A stretch of 64,000 nucleotides of DNA from Podarcis cretensis (taxonomy: Eukaryota), in the NCBI GenBank assembly GCA_951804945.1, contig OX638150.1, positions 50,654,001 to 50,718,000 of the forward strand, given 5' to 3'. The notes under the pieces are model-generated. The model saw nothing but the letters and a program-made list of their open reading frames with translations, made no database searches and had not been told where the DNA came from. Positions 35,113 through 49,959 of this stretch are shown one piece after another (positions within the stretch are counted from its first letter, which is position 1; each line of letters opens with the position of its first letter). Both the position numbers and the translations under genes were made by a program.

Positions 35113-37435
35113 CTGTGGATGTAAAAGAGAAAAGGATGGTGAGCTTGGCTGGCTTGCCAATCCTTGGGAAAACCAAATGAGGTCAAATATAATCACACAT
35201 GCCTTCACAAGGTGTAGATCAGATCACTGGTGTCTTTAAGGGGTGTCCAAATGTTACACAATAAAAAGCCACACTAACGTGGAGCTAAGAAACCAAAGTC
35301 CAAACCTTCCTAATACAAAGAGGATTTAAAACCACTTGAAGGCAGGCTGCCACCTGTAGAAAGCCTTCAAGCTCCAAAAAGGCAACAGTTCCACATTTGT
35401 TTATTTACCGAGGTATTTTTAGCCTGTTCTTCAAAAGAATTCCTTTTACAACAAAACAAAATTTTATAAAATAACCACATTGAAACTAAAAAAAGCAAAT
35501 TAAAGATGGCAGATATAGTTCTAAATGACTCCCAGTGGCTCTTATTCTGACCTGACCTGGTATTACTGATGAAAGGGGATACAGAAATGTTTTAAATAAA
35601 TACATAAAATGACTGGGAAAATACAACAGAGCAGTGTGTAATAAGAGTTGTGCCTCTAAAGCAAGGACATGAATGCTGTAAAATGAGGCATTTCCTGCCC
35701 CTCCTCCAATGTATTAAAACTAAAAATCCCGAGATTATTTTTCTTTTCCGCATTATTACCTGCTGGTGAATTATAATTATGTCTTACTGGCTTGTCTGCA
35801 AAATCAGAATTTAGGTCTATTCTTCTCATTCCCCTTCTTAAATTAGAAGTGACAACCTGTACCTGATTGTGATTATTATTATTTTTGCCGACTTTGAATA
35901 TGTGCATCAATGCCATTCAAAAGAAACTGAAGGATAAAGCAAAACAGAGCACTTTCTCCACGCTGAACATCTAGTATTTCCATTTGGGAATGATGCTGCA
36001 ACCTTGGCCAGCTTTCGCAAGAAATGCTTGGGTTTTGTATTTCTAGTATCAACATGATAATATCCTATTATGCAGATTCTAAGATTAACATTTCTGTGCT
36101 CTTGGAAATATCACTCCCACTACCTTCTAGTGTGCGAGAGGCCAAGCCCCCTGGAGGACAGCCCAGATGCTTTGTTTCCCCATGGCAAAAAAGGAGGAGG
36201 AGGTTACTGTGGGTGACTGACAATATGCATCTTTCAAGTCTGTCTCTGTTCAAAGGAACAGGAAAAGACCCACCCACCTACCAGCAGATCACTCGGATTA
36301 AATGGCTGCATTTCGAGGGACAATCTTTCAAAATGAATAATGCCCGTTTCCTGTATAATTACAAAGATGTGCTTATGGTGCTTTTTGTTTTGTTTTGTTT
36401 TTCAAGTTCAGAGGAAACAGACATTTTCAACTTTTCTTGGGACAGTTCCCTTGCTCATGGATCATCACCATGATCCATTGCTAGCCTTCCACATCCATCT
36501 CAAGGTGGTGTACAAATTATAATAAAAACAGCTAAGGAGAGGTATAAAAATAGCAGAAGACCAGTTCAACCACTGGTGATCTCCTCAGGCAAGACAGACA
36601 GTCAAACAGACATAGACACCCACAGACGCCCCTGTACACTACCAGAGCAGCTGCATGGCTTCTTAAGGGACACTTAAGCTACTCCAGCCTTTAGTGACGT
36701 AATGCAGACATCCAGGGCTTATACTAGTGCCCTGATAGCCAGCAATTAGGAAGGAAAGGAAGAGGCTTATAGGGTACACCAGACAGTCACGAATCAGGTA
36801 AGGCTCTGCAACAGAGGCCTGTGTGCATCTGAAGGTGGCACTTTTGGCTTACTGGGCATTCTGGGTCCTGACCACCCCTGACTTCCCCTTTCTTTCCTAG
36901 GCCTTCCAGCCCCAGCTCCATTCATCAGCTAAACTTAGCTCCGCCACGCTCTTGGCAGTGGCAAGCAGGCCTTGGAGCTTCAATATTTCCTCATACCCGT
37001 GGCAATCTCTCCTTATAGAAACAAGTTTCTCCAGACACCAATTCAATAACAGCTCTAACAATCCATTGTATTCTTCCCCTGCTCCTCAAGCCCAGCCAAA
37101 ACGAGAGTATAATAGAGCAGAATCAATGGCTGGCGCATGTAAGGCAATCTAAGCTCTAAGAACTGAGCTAAAAATATCCAGTCAATCACACAGAGCAGCT
37201 GAGACCCGGCCCCATTTCCACCACATTCTCAAGGCATACGCAATTGCATTAAACTCCCAACACGGTCGGCGAAAGCGAGTGACCGAGAAGGACACAGTAA
37301 TGCTGCACTGCACCATTACTGCTAAGCCTACCAAAGGTCACAGATATGCTGGGGGATGCGGCTTTCGAAGGCCCACGATGCACAAAGGCGGGGGAGGGGG
37401 AGGACTGTGATACAGAAGACAAGGCCTGCTCAGAT

Positions 37436-37886
37436 TAGGGATGGATGAGGGAGAAGGTAGGATCTGTCTGAGCTGAAAGGTGAACCTCCCTACTTTGCAC
37501 TTCCCCAAAGCAGTACACAAGACAGAAGCACAGTTATCCTCGAAAATCTGCACTCTCCGAATTTTCCAGTGCAGTTCTGCAGCCAAGTAACATGTACTTA
37601 ATATATACAAAAATGTAAATATTAGTAGAACTGACATGGGTGGTGATGGCAGGTGGGGGGGGGGATCCATTGTATTAGGAAAATTCTTTTGCTAAAAAAC
37701 TGTCTCTTAGGCAAAACCACTTACAAAAATGTGTCTACTAGTTGAAATTTGCACAGAAATGCTGGTGAATCTTCATGAAACCTTTTTAAAAATCACCATC
37801 ATCACAAACTGATGTACAAATGTGGGGAACAAAACATAAGATTGGAAAAATGAGAAACCTGAAATTGACATATGGGCCCATCCCTA
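37436..37886. mobile_element. Non-autonomous hAT-like DNA transposon
   Basis: Termini TAGGGATGG...CCATCCCTA; degraded 8-bp flanks gctcagat / gctcaagc; AT-rich interior. Confidence 0.55.
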
Positions 37887-40800
37887 GCTCAAGCAAAGGT
37901 TTCTGCAAAATTGTGCCATCGGGCACTACTGACATCTATACCATGCTCAGTGTAGGAAAGAAACTCTATCTGATGTGTAAGAATTTTGCTAACGTTATGA
38001 CTCCAATTTGTTTCAGTGACATGTGATTTTATTGTTCATATTTGAATGCTGCTCTTCCTCCAAGACATTCAGGCCAGCATACATGGCACTATCATCTCTT
38101 GCAATCTTCAAGTCAACCTTGTGAGGAATGTTAAAACTGAGTAACACTCTCATGGCTGAGTGGAGATTTGAATCCAGAGTTCCTCAGTTCACCAGCTAGA
38201 CTCCATTAGCTGAATTGGACAGACTTGAACACCAAGATTTCCTGCTTCTCCACAAATGCTTTTTATCTAGCAAAGTACAGCACCGATTGAGAAATTTTTG
38301 ATCCCAATTTTGCTGGCATCAGTACGTTTACAGTGTTCACTGAATTCAGCGAGTAGGGTCAGCACTCAGTCCTGCCTTTCTGAGCCAACAAACCCATTCC
38401 AGGCAAGCCACCATGGAGCTGGTAGATGATAAAAGCCTTTGTCCTCGTAATGACCAAGACTAGCATTCAAAACAACCACCAGATAAATGAAAATTCATGA
38501 AGCCCTTTTATGTGAAGACCTGCTGATCCTTGGGAGCTTCCTAACAATGGGGAGAGCAAATATATTTGTTTTGCATTTAGCTCTCAACTCACAAGATCAA
38601 CTGAACATTTGAGAAGCCGTAATGAGAGAATAACATCCAAGGCACTGCTTTGAAGTTTTCCAAATAGTCTCTCTAGGACTTAACAATCAATTTTCACAAG
38701 AAGTTACAGAAACGAAAGAGACAGCATCTCCCCCTCTCCACCCCCTTTGTTCTGTCTTTATTAACTGGATAATCTCAGATTATAGGGCTTGTTTCCCCCA
38801 GGAATGGGACTTTATGTCTTCTCTACGTTTTCCAATTTAATTTAGGACACAGTCTCCACTAACAGTAAATGGTGGGTCCTCCCACAGCTTCTGTATGAAC
38901 ACTAGGTGAAAGAAAGGGCAAATGGACCTTAGGTTATGAAGGGTCAGTCTTGGGGCAAGGAAGAAGCCTGGAGACTGGCAGAAAAAGAAAATTGCAATGG
39001 AAGAAGGTTGCAAGCTGACCTCCGCCCAACCTGTCCAGGGCAGGGCAAGCTTCCACCAAGCCACATGGAAAAATGAGCGGATAGGGACTTTTCACATTAT
39101 GGAGACACACATTATTGCCAACTAACATCTGCATAAAAAGCTGCTGCTAAAAGCACAACTGCAGTGACCATTTGAAAAGTTGCCTACTGGAGGGGTGTGT
39201 GGGGAAGCCAGTGGATCCAGAGACTTTTTCTAATCTGCTACCTTTTCACACACTTCCCTTACTGCATTGTGCATGCAATGCACATTTTAGCACTTTCTGA
39301 AGGAAGTGCGGTTTAGAATCTGCGCAGCCCTTAAAAATTATTGCCTTTAACCCATCTTGGATTGAGATGGAATTGTTATCATATTGTTTCAATTTACAGT
39401 CTCATGACGAAACTCTCATATAAACCCCAAGGGATTTGCAGGAGATGCATGCTGATAGATCTGTATCTTGTAGCTTTATTCCGAACCCTTTGTTGCTCTC
39501 CCTTGCTCCATTTGTCCACAATCCCCTAGTACAAATTGGGTTACCCACCTATTTCCTATTGGGGACCTATCACCCAGGAACAATACCACCATGGCCCCAT
39601 TTTGGCTATGAGAAACTGTTCAGTAATTTGCCTGGCTTAATGGTTAATCCAGCCCCCAGTTAGATTCCGATTTCCATCAATATATCTGATTGTCCAGGCC
39701 CCCAGCAAATGTATGTTTTCATCAAATGCTGTGTTTCCCCTCAAATCTTTCTCAGGGAGTAGAGATAGACATATTTATTTTTAGAAAAACTTTGAATATG
39801 CATTTGCAATTCATACACGAACCTCTGCAAAACACTCAGATTCCTCAGTTGTCTTTGATATGTCACTAGGGAAGAGATCCCAGCTCTGCAATCACAAGGT
39901 GCAGCTGACGCTAGCACTTGGGATGTCTTTTGATAATCTCTACAGACGTGACACCTCCCCACTGCCAACAGAATTGGGTATAAATAAACTCCTGCAATCC
40001 AATGCCTCCTTGGGCTGCCTACATGGCATGCTGAGTTCAGCAGCAAGATTCAGATGGTGCCCTGGCAATGCCATGTTGTTCAAGTCCAACTCAAGGGTCA
40101 CCTGGGAGACAAGCAATAGGGCAGCATACTCCTCAGTGCATGTATGAATCCATCCCAAATCTTCCAAACAACTGTCTGACTGATTGACTCTGGAGGAAAG
40201 ATTAATGGTTCGGTTATGAGTGGATAAGTGACATAAATCATCACAGGAAACAGCCACCTAAATCTGTTAATATCACAATAGCTCTCTTGAGAACCAGACC
40301 CCACCTTAACCATGTCCTGTGATACACAACCCACTTTTCTATATTGTTGTTGTTCCTACTGCTACTACTGTATACATCTGTTCACCTCCTTGTTTTTCTC
40401 TTCTATTTTCCATTTTCTCTTAACTTCTCTGTCCTTCCCTCTTTCCTCTTAATATAATTTGAACATGGGGGGGGGGAATAAAATTAAAGGTGTTGGCACC
40501 ACTGATGGGACCACTTGAGGTAAAGGCAAGGCCTACTTGAGAGTCCTCTTCCCAGTGGGCTGAACTACATGCTAGTTGGGGATGATAAGAGCAGAATGCT
40601 AGCAATGCCTTGAGGTCCTCAGTTTCTGCATCCCTAGCCTAGACCTTCAGAGTTAAATAAAGGGATTCTCTCCAAGCTAGTGAGTGCCATTCAGCTGGGG
40701 CAGCATAGCCAAGAACTGGACTGGTTAGTTCTGTCAATGAGGTATGTTTCAGTTGCTGGAAGGATATCTAAATACCAGTTTCCTTCCTCCATTGCTTTGG

Positions 40801-43013
40801 AAACAAGAAGAAATACACATCTTTGGCTGCATGCCTTGGAAGAAGAAGAACTGAAGCACTTAACAGAAGGCAGAACATCTGATGATATTTCCGAGTCTTC
40901 TTTCCACCCACAGTGGTGGGCAGGTGGATGGTACAGGGCTCTTCTTTGATAGGCCCAGCACTTACGAGTGGGTAATGGATCTTGGCTGTTGCAGTGTTCT
41001 CCTTTTCTGCATTTCCTTTTTGTGCTTGTGAAAGAAGTGAACTTTGTTCTAATTTTACCCAGGAGATTGTAAGGGAAGCAGCCATTGGACCTTGGAAGGC
41101 AGCCAGCAAAATGGCTGGGAATTCTGAACCATCTTTCATTCCAGACACCTCATTCAAGTGTGGTGGAGCAGAGCAAAACATAAAAACTAGCCCAGGAGCT
41201 CTGTGGAATAAGCCCATTCTCTGCCCGCTTTTAATCTACCAGGGGAGCCTAACCGGTCCAGCAGTGAGCCCTCGCGTTACTTTGATTTAGAAATAGGATT
41301 AATATTATTAATTGCTCACCCTTTACTCTAATGTCCCAATTAAAACACAATGTTTAAAAACAATTCAAAACAACTTAGAATCACAAAAATAAGGTAGGCC
41401 CTAAGAATATACATTTCAAGAAACCCAGAAAATGGGGAAGCGCCATGGGTAAGTAGCAGAGTCATCGCTTTCCCTGTTTGATTCCCCTTATCTCCATTTA
41501 AAAGTATCTCGAGTAGATGTGCTAGAAAAAACTCTAAATCTTTGGAGAGTTCCTGCCAGTAACAGTAAACAATTCTGGTCTAGATGGACCAATGATCTAA
41601 CTTGTCGGGAGCTTCATGTTTTCATCCTTACAGGGACAGCAAATGGAAAAGTGTGCCCCGGCAGGCTGCCCTGGAGCTCTGCCAAGAAGATGGGCTCTGA
41701 GATTCTAAGAGAGGAGTGGGATTTCACGTACTATTATGGGGCTACATGGTGCTCCTGAAAGATGTTGTTTTGAAAGCAGAAAGGTTGGATTTGCCCTTGT
41801 CAGATACATGATGGAAGCATTTTGGGTCTCAAACTGTGATTTGTTAATTAGGTCACACAGACACCTAGATTTGCAGAACAGTCAGGCAATCCATCTTGGA
41901 GGCGCCTATTTCTACATCGCCCCCGAGTCTTCTTTTAAAAATGTGAATTTCCTGTAAATGTACAGGAGACATTGCAATTCTTGATGAAAACAAAACCAAA
42001 AGAGAGCAGCCAACACATAGATTTTTGTGTGGTGCAAATCCACAGTCAACAGACAGACAATGACTGGCTGGATGCAGCACTGAAACCACTATTTTATTCT
42101 ATTATTATTTTTAAAGTATTGACACGAGTTCCCTGCCATGGGAAATCCGTAATCTAAGTGCAGAATGAACCGTCAGGCTGTCGGGAAGGCCTCCTTCTTG
42201 GGAGCTTTTTCTTTTTTGATGTCTTCATTACAAACCAATGGGTGACACCTTATTAACAGATGTAGGATGGCAATTAGGAGCCCTGGGATAAGATCTGAAA
42301 AACAGGAGCTTGCCCAACACAATGAGGCTTGCATGTGCGACATAAAGAGCTGTGATGATACATGCTCTAAATTGGTCACTCACAACTCGCGCAGAGTTAC
42401 CTTCAAAGGATAACTAACACAGTATGCTAAGGCACTGGCACCCAGGCCTCCACAATGATAGACAGACAGCTAGATAATTGCAGAAGCGGAATTTTAGCCT
42501 GTCCTTCTCTCTCATCAGCTTGGGAGAGAAGACCAAATTCTGAGCCAGCACGCAGCATTCAAGCACATGGGTGAAAGACATACAGTCATCTGGCACCAGC
42601 AATAGAACTGTCTCCTTGAACTCTACTCTGGTTTGGTTAAGAGTCTTAAGAACGGTTAGATGATTGCCATACATCCTAGACAACTGGTCTAAGAGACACA
42701 AGTCCGGGGGCTCAGATGGTATTGAGTGTCTTGATATTTAGGCAGCTGTTGAAGACATTTTTTTTAATTTAAGAAGACTTTCCCTGAAGGGTGACCCAGT
42801 CATTTTATGGAAGATGAAGTGTACAAATGTGTAAATTGATTGGTTGCTTTTAATTTATCAAATTTATAAACCTTTGTATTTTGTCTTATTTTACACCGCT
42901 TCAGTATGTTTTGGTTGTGAAACAAGTTATACAGCTGCAAATAAAATAAAACCATAATGCATCTGTTGCTGGGCTGTATTGTTGATGGGGTTCAAGTAGT
43001 CAAATGCTTGCCA

Positions 43014-43057
43014 TATAGATATAGATGATATAGATATAGATATATAGATATAGATAT
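43014..43057. repeat. (GATATA)n-like microsatellite
   Basis: Seen directly. Confidence 0.85.
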
Positions 43058-44433
43058 CCCATAGCATACAAAAACAGGATAGGAAGAGTCTATCCTACTT
43101 TTTGCTCTGCTCTCTTGCAGGCTTGCTTTGTTTCTGTAGGAAAGCAATGGGTTGCTCCAAGGAGATCATTCCATCTCCAACAGATTTTTTGCTTGCCAGA
43201 TTGAACAGGCGGGCTGGAAGTACCACAGTGCTAGCAAGACTTTTTGCACTGGCTTCTACTAGCGCAACAACTTTGTTGAATCCACTCTATTATCCTCTGG
43301 CCCTTTCAGAACATGCATCTCAGGAACGCATGCACTGGGTAAATGGAAACGAGAAACTGAGAAGTTTTATTATCATTATTTATTTAATTTGATGTGCCAC
43401 ACGGAGAGCATCTCTAGGTGGCATACAGTAAAGTTTTAAAACATACAGAATGGTTAAAAGTCATCAACATGGAATGAATCAATACACAAAACATAAAACA
43501 AACTCACTAAAAACTTATCAGCATTTGCTTTCTTTTCTGAATTAAGTTTGTGCTGGCGCATTTGACTGTATGGCCATTCCAGACCTTTTTCTCAAGATCC
43601 AGCTCTACTACTCAAGATCCTGGGACAATCTATGTCCTTCCCTCCTGCTTTAAAGCAGACCTTATTCAGCCAGACGGCTGGTGCTGCCAAGAGGTCCAGA
43701 GGCTCAATGGAGTCAGACTGAAAAAGCTAAATCATTGCAGCCTTCTCTGAACAACACCCCTGAGCCACGTGCTGAGATGACAGACCCCAAGTGGGATGTT
43801 TGCAGTTTCCTTCTCTATAAACTTCAACGTGAGGCACAGCCTGAGTTGGCAAGTCTGCTGAGGGGGGAAACAGAAGGTTCCGCCAACTGGTAGCAAAAGT
43901 GCCATTTCAGAAAACCTGCAAGCAGTGCCTGCTGAAATCTAAAGGAGCCAGAGGAGTAGTGCTTGCTGAATGGGTTGTTTTTCTACCGTAGTAGTAACTA
44001 GCTTTCTCTTTTGATGGGCTTCTATGTGTTTTCCCTTCCTGGCTTGCATTGGATGGGGCGGGAAGACTAAAGTGACATAAGCCCCACATCTCATTTCTCA
44101 CAGATCTACTAGGGTAAAGTGTATCAGGAAAATGGTCCTGGTGAATATCCAAGGAGAAACCCAGGCACATTTCTATGAACGCCAATGAACTGACATCTAT
44201 GGTTAAAAGAAAGCTGAAACAGCAGGCTTTGGGAAATAACCCTGAAGGAGAAGCATTGCTAGACAGTGTTGACAGGACTAGACTGGATGGGCCACTGGCC
44301 TGACTCCATACGCTGTGGTTTCTTATAGGAACTTCTTTCTCATTCTCACACTGCTGTGTTGGAGATGGAGGAGAGAATTTTTATCAGGATTGCAGCTGGG
44401 ATGTGCAGCTGGGGTTAAATGTCCCCAGCGAGT

Positions 44434-44613
44434 GCAGCCCAGTACATGGGATCTGCCCTGCATGCAGAAGGCCCAGGTCCAACCTCTGGTGTCTTCAGGG
44501 GCAGGTGGTAAAAACTGCCTGACACCCTAGAGAGCCACTCCAGTCAGGACAGACACGACTGGACAAGATGAGCCAATGGTCGGACTCAGCATAAGGCAGT
44601 TTTCTATGTTCCT
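44434..44613 (+). mobile_element. tRNA-derived squamate SINE (Squam3-like)
   Basis: ctgcatgcagaaggcccagg...caatggtcggactcagcataaggcagttttctatgttcct. Confidence 0.7.
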
Positions 44614-44680
44614 ACCGGTGTGATAGGATCCCAATGAAAACCTGCACCCCCTCATCTGTGCCCAAACACAACCATGTCTA

Positions 44681-44814
44681 TAGTGGTTCAGTCGGTGGAG
44701 CATGAGACTCTTAATCTCAGGGTTGTGGGTTTAAGCCCCACGTTTGGTAAAAAAAATAATCTGCATTGCCTTGTGGTCCCTTCCAGTTCTATAATTCTGT
44801 GATTCTGCTATTCT
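44681..44814 (+). mobile_element. tRNA-Lys(CTT)-derived SINE with CR1 3' tail
   Basis: TCAGTCGGTGGAGCATGAGACTCTTAATCTCAGGGTTGTGGGTTTAAGCCCCACGTT resembles tRNA-Lys-CTT; followed by ccttgtggtcccttccagttctataattctgtgattct, a CR1-type end. Confidence 0.8.
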
Positions 44815-47742
44815 AACTATGCTATTAAAGGAACATTCCTTTTGGTCCTGAGAAGCCAATGGGCTAGGAGCTCTATTAGCTGAGGATGAAGCTTCACTGC
44901 CCTTTTTCAACTTTGCCACAATTGATGACAAGCAAAACTTCGGTGGGGAGAGGAGCAAATTGTCCAGGAAACTTACAACTGCAAATTAACTTCGTAAAAA
45001 TATGAGGCATTATGAAATTATTATTTTTGCACAATGTATCCAAGTCAGATAGTTTTTCTTGATGCAGTATGAACTTAGGAGTTAGAGCTAACTGGGTTGC
45101 TGTTATTTTTAGCACAGAGCTGAATACCGTACATTAAAACGGGTACAAATTACACTTGCAAAAAATTCTTATTTTTCATATAAACACACACACTTAAGTA
45201 TGAAGAATGATTCACCTCGGTATAAATTGGGTTTGCTTTTCCAACATTGCAGACAAACCGCACTAAATGGTACTGAATGCATACCTGATGGTCCTTATCA
45301 CAGGATAGGTGGATCGCCAGAAACACAAAGTGCAAGCAAGTGACCTGTGTGGATCTGAAAAAGAAGGCTGTTCTGATGGGGGTGGGGGGAGGAGTAAGCT
45401 CAGTTTGCAGTTGTGCAAAAATGGCCCTTAGTTATTAAAGCATCTTAAAAGGATGACTAACTTTTCCCCCTTCCCCCTCCCTTTTTTTTTTTAGCAGTGC
45501 AGCAGAAAATACAGCATAAGACATCACATGCTGGTTTGCGAAGCGGTAAGCTTCTACCTAACAGCTGCTGCAGCAACAGCTAAAAATGCCGCTGGATGGA
45601 CAGGCTGCAGCGGCTTCTCAATAACCTAATCCCGTTTTAAGCCTGGAAGGCCAGATTTATGTTGTCATTTGCATAAACGCCGGCGGGACGCTTTGCAAGG
45701 GCCTTGTCATTCAAGCGCCTTCTTCCCCTGCTCTCCGTTTGCGAAGGTGGAGTCACGACGGTTCCACTTGGGAGTCTAAGGGGGCAATGGCCCCAGAAGG
45801 AGCATCTGCAACAAAACGACCAGCTAGGCTCCTCACAAAAGAAGCTGTGGCTTCTGCCAGTGACTCATTCAGTTTGATTCAGAGCCTCCCACTCATGAGT
45901 AAGTCCCTACGCATGGCATTAAGAGATAAATATAACTTCAGCACCAGCATCCAAATTAGCGCGTAGCATTTAGGTAGATGGGTCGCAAAGCAGCACAAGG
46001 TGAGATAATTTACAAACAGGCTTCGGCGAGGAAGATAGCAGCGTTTCTAATGCAGGGAAGAACTTCAGACATTGGTGACAGAAGGCAACTGGACAGGCAA
46101 ATGAAAGTGTCGACAATCTTTCGAAAGATAGGGGGAAATTGTTTGGTTCCCTGATTCTGCCTCTCTTCCCACCCACCCTTTAAAAATGAAAGAAAATCCT
46201 CATGCAAGGAGATTTTGTGAGAGCCGTCTGGACTTATCACGGAAATCCGTAATTACATACTGCAGGCAATGTGGATTATGGACAAGCTGGGAGGAGAGAG
46301 AGATTTTTTATTACCATGAACTGTTGACCTCTTAGACGGGACATTCTCTTTGGAGACTGCATCAGCACAATTAGGGATATTTCAACCACTTCAGGGACAC
46401 ATTATTTACATCCAGTGGAGATAACCAGTGGGATTATAGGGTGCCCAGACATGTAGCCAAGAGTTCCCTTTTGAACCAGAATGGCTTGTTAGAGCTAACA
46501 TTATTACAAAAGAGAAAACAAAAACTGGAACTCATTTAATGTTATTGCCCAGCTATACAAAAGTGGAAGGAAGCTGGTGAAAAGGAAGTTAACGAGCAGA
46601 CTGCACCTGAAATTGTGAATGGACCCTTTTATTGTGTCTGCCATATTCAAAAGACCATAGTCAATAGATGAAGCATAAGTCAACAATCCAAGTTATATAT
46701 TATATAACGTGGCAGAGTGGAGCAGCTCCTGTCCAAGGTAATAGCCACCTACCCTTTTAGGATACTCCATCCCAGGAGAAGCCAATGTGGAGCCATTGAA
46801 ATGCTACTGAACTACAACTCCCATCAGCCTGATCACTGACCATACTGGCTGGGGCTGGTGGAATCCAACAGTATCTGGAGGGTACCACACTCAGCTCCAT
46901 TCTATACCCCTCCCTGTTTTCTATGCCCCACCCAACAAGCACTTTATATTCTGTGCCAATAACTATGCTCAGTCCTCATTGGCTTATTCTTTTTCTACTT
47001 CTTGGAACCTTGGGGTTTCCCCTAACATGCAGATACCTCTCTCAGTGTTCCCCTTTAATTTACAATTTTCTTGGCACTGAACCAGATTATGTGCAACTAG
47101 GCAAGCCCCAAGGAAAGGTAAAAGCAAGAAAGCCCAGGCCAGAGACCACATAACTACCCGTACCTGGAGGGACCTGGGCAGCCCCACCTTTCCAGGGGCT
47201 ACTTACTACTTCTTTAAAAAAACAAACAAACCCACAACAACCCCCACTGGTGTCAGTGAAGTTAACTCTTTATCAAAAGAAACCAGCAGCTCTTCCTTGT
47301 AGGTTTTGCTCCCATGAGGCAGTTATGAGGACTGAAGGTCCCTGCCTTCCCACAAACACCTAAGTCCCCTCCTCTCCAGGGTTTTTCCCCAAGCAGAGAC
47401 TGTGTCTGCTTGCAATAAGTCTCTCCACTGCTCTTTTCATTCCTCTACGTGTTCTGGGAGACAGTGGGGTGGGGTGGGGGGGGAGAGAAGAGCTGCTTGC
47501 AGCAGGAGGGGGAGACTCCTTGGCTTCTTCAGCAGCCGGCCTCACTGTCTCCTGGACCCGTTCCTCTCCAGCCTCGGACTCAGCTCCTCCTAGTCTGACC
47601 CCTCGTCTCCCTCTAATCAACATCCCACCACTGCCAGCAGCTCCTGAAGCCAGCCTAAGAATATTTTGTACCTTTTTGTGTTAATATTGTAAACTGTAAA
47701 CCACCTTGGGTCCCCTTGGCAAAAAGGCAGCATATATATATT

Positions 47743-47791
<49 letters not shown>
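47743..47791. repeat. (AAAG)n microsatellite at the tail of an L2-like 3' end
   Basis: Seen directly; preceded by tgtaaaccaccttggg...aaaaggcag. Confidence 0.9.
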
Positions 47792-47792
<1 letters not shown>

Positions 47793-48979
47793 TGTTCTGA
47801 GATCCAACTTCCATTAAGCAGTAAGAGCTCTGCAGAGGAAGAACATAAAAAGTAGTGAGTTTTTCTCCCCTGGATTGGAGCAAAGTTCCATCTATTCCTG
47901 CATCATCTTCAACAGTAGCCAACCAAATACCTCTGGAACATCACAAACAGGGTATAATGGTTAGACCCATCCCATGTTGATTGGGTCCAAGTACTGGTAC
48001 TCAAGTATCCTTCCTTACAACATGGAATTTCCATTTAACTATCTGTACTATTAATTTGCCCTAAATATCCAACCAAATGAGTGGCAATTGCCACATTTTG
48101 TAAGTTAATATACAGAACCATGTCCTTATTTGGGTATTGATCAAGCTAGCAGTCAGTTATATGGCCTGACCCTGATCTGGTACTGTGTGAGAAAACAAGA
48201 TTTCCTTCTTCAAACGGTTTCCTCCAAAATTGTGTTCTTTTTAATTTTATATGTGCAGTATGCTGAATGTGTGTGTTTGTGTGTGTGTTACGTTTTTGTG
48301 AGGTACTGAGGTGAGAGATCACCCCACCTGCATTCTGAAGTGGCATGGTCCACGGCAGGCTGTATCACATGCTTTTGGCTGAATAGGTAACATTTGTCGC
48401 AGCAGAGTAATTAACATGATCATTCCCAGTCAAACATTAACTCTCACTGCAGCACAGGACTCAAGAGCCTCTACTTACAACACAGTAAAGAGGACTGAAG
48501 GAATCTGGCTTGCTCTGGTTTTGGTGCTTCAAGGCAGTCCAAGCTGAAGAGCTAATAGGCTTTTATGTATGTTTGCACCTATGTCCTAAGAGCCTTAACG
48601 AGGAAAGGAGCTGGTTGCTGGAAAGTAGCATCGCTGTGCTATCTATATAGGCATCGGCCTTCCTCCTTGATAAGCTTTTCCACCTCTGAGAACAAACCTC
48701 TTTGCATAAAAGCTACCTGATATCAAGAGAAAGGCCACACTCTTAAGATGCAGTTCAGGGAGGTGGGGGTTTGAAGGGAGGGCAAATCCTTCCATTATTT
48801 TTTGTTTTGTTTCCTGCATTCTTGGTAGCAGCCCTCCAGGATTGGTAATCTGCATTCCAGGCTATAGCTACTTTTCACTACCTTCAGGCCCAAAATCCAA
48901 TGGAGTCTGCTGGGGTTCCAGGGAAAGATAGGGACTTCCTGCTTTCTGAGCACTGGCTTTATTTTACCCGGGTCATTTG

Positions 48980-48983
<4 letters not shown>

Positions 48984-49012
<29 letters not shown>
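48984..49012. repeat. (CA)n microsatellite
   Basis: Seen directly. Confidence 0.9.
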
Positions 49013-49015
<3 letters not shown>

Positions 49016-49267
49016 GAAGGAGTGTCAATGGTGCCGCTCTGTAGGCTTCACCTGAGGCAAAAAACCTGGCTAGTCCCCCTTGTAGCTACGGCTCTGGTGT
49101 ATGTTTCCTTTTCTTCTGCAGTTCTTCCCAGGTAACCATCCTTACTTGGCCTAGGTTGATAGAAATCAGAAAAATAAAAAGTGGAAGCTTTCCTTTCGCA
49201 CTGAGGCTGGATCTCACCAGCAAATGGGATGCAAGCCCCATGAAGGGATTGTATAAACAAACACAGT

Positions 49268-49269
49268 GA

Positions 49270-49307
<38 letters not shown>
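49268..49307. repeat. (GAAA)n microsatellite
   Basis: Seen directly. Confidence 0.9.
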
Positions 49308-49308
<1 letters not shown>

Positions 49309-49959
49309 GCAGGCATCTGGCAGTCAGCATGAAGGCCAGTGCTGCCAGGAGATATGCCAACCCCTGCGATGGCATTTGACAAAATGTCATTTTAAATGGG
49401 TAAGTGTAGTGCTGACTCGTGTCTTTTGTCAGGCTGCTCCTCTTGACAGTGTGATATTTATAGCTGAGGCCTCGGAAGAGATGACTGGTACTCCCAGGGA
49501 GTTACGAACGGGGAGGCGGACCAGCTTGCACTGGCAAACATAAATATTTGACATGGTGGAAGGAGAGAAGAGGAACGATGTCCTGCTGAGCTAAGGAAAG
49601 GCAAGGGTTCTCAGGGTGCCAAGCTGAGCCCCCCTGCATGGGACCTCCCCACTGTTTGTTTGTCCTTGCAGAATGCGGACGTTCCACCTAGAGTCTGTGC
49701 CAAGAAGCCCTCCATAAAGGGGGGGGGGGTAAGGAATTTAAAAAACAGGTAGGTTGTTGCAGTCAGAGCTCTCATTAAGTCCTCCACTGAGCTTAGCTTT
49801 TGGCCACAGAAATGATCAATAACGAAGCTAGTACTCAGGAAGTACAGTGGGGGCAAAAGTGATGTGACCTCTCCCCCAACCTTTCTACAGACAAGGCTTC
49901 TGTCTCCTTTCCCCATATTGTAACATATTACTACTGGTAATAATCTTATACATAGTGCA

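Noticed and set aside
32614-37180. Identical 15-mer AGCTAAAAATATCCA on both sides of exon 2
   Set aside because: About two chance 15-mer pairs are expected in 64 kb, and the MEF2 match is imperfect.
44681-44750. tRNA-Lys(CTT) gene
   Set aside because: Acceptor stem and T-loop are degenerate and it runs into a CR1-type tail, so it is a SINE head.
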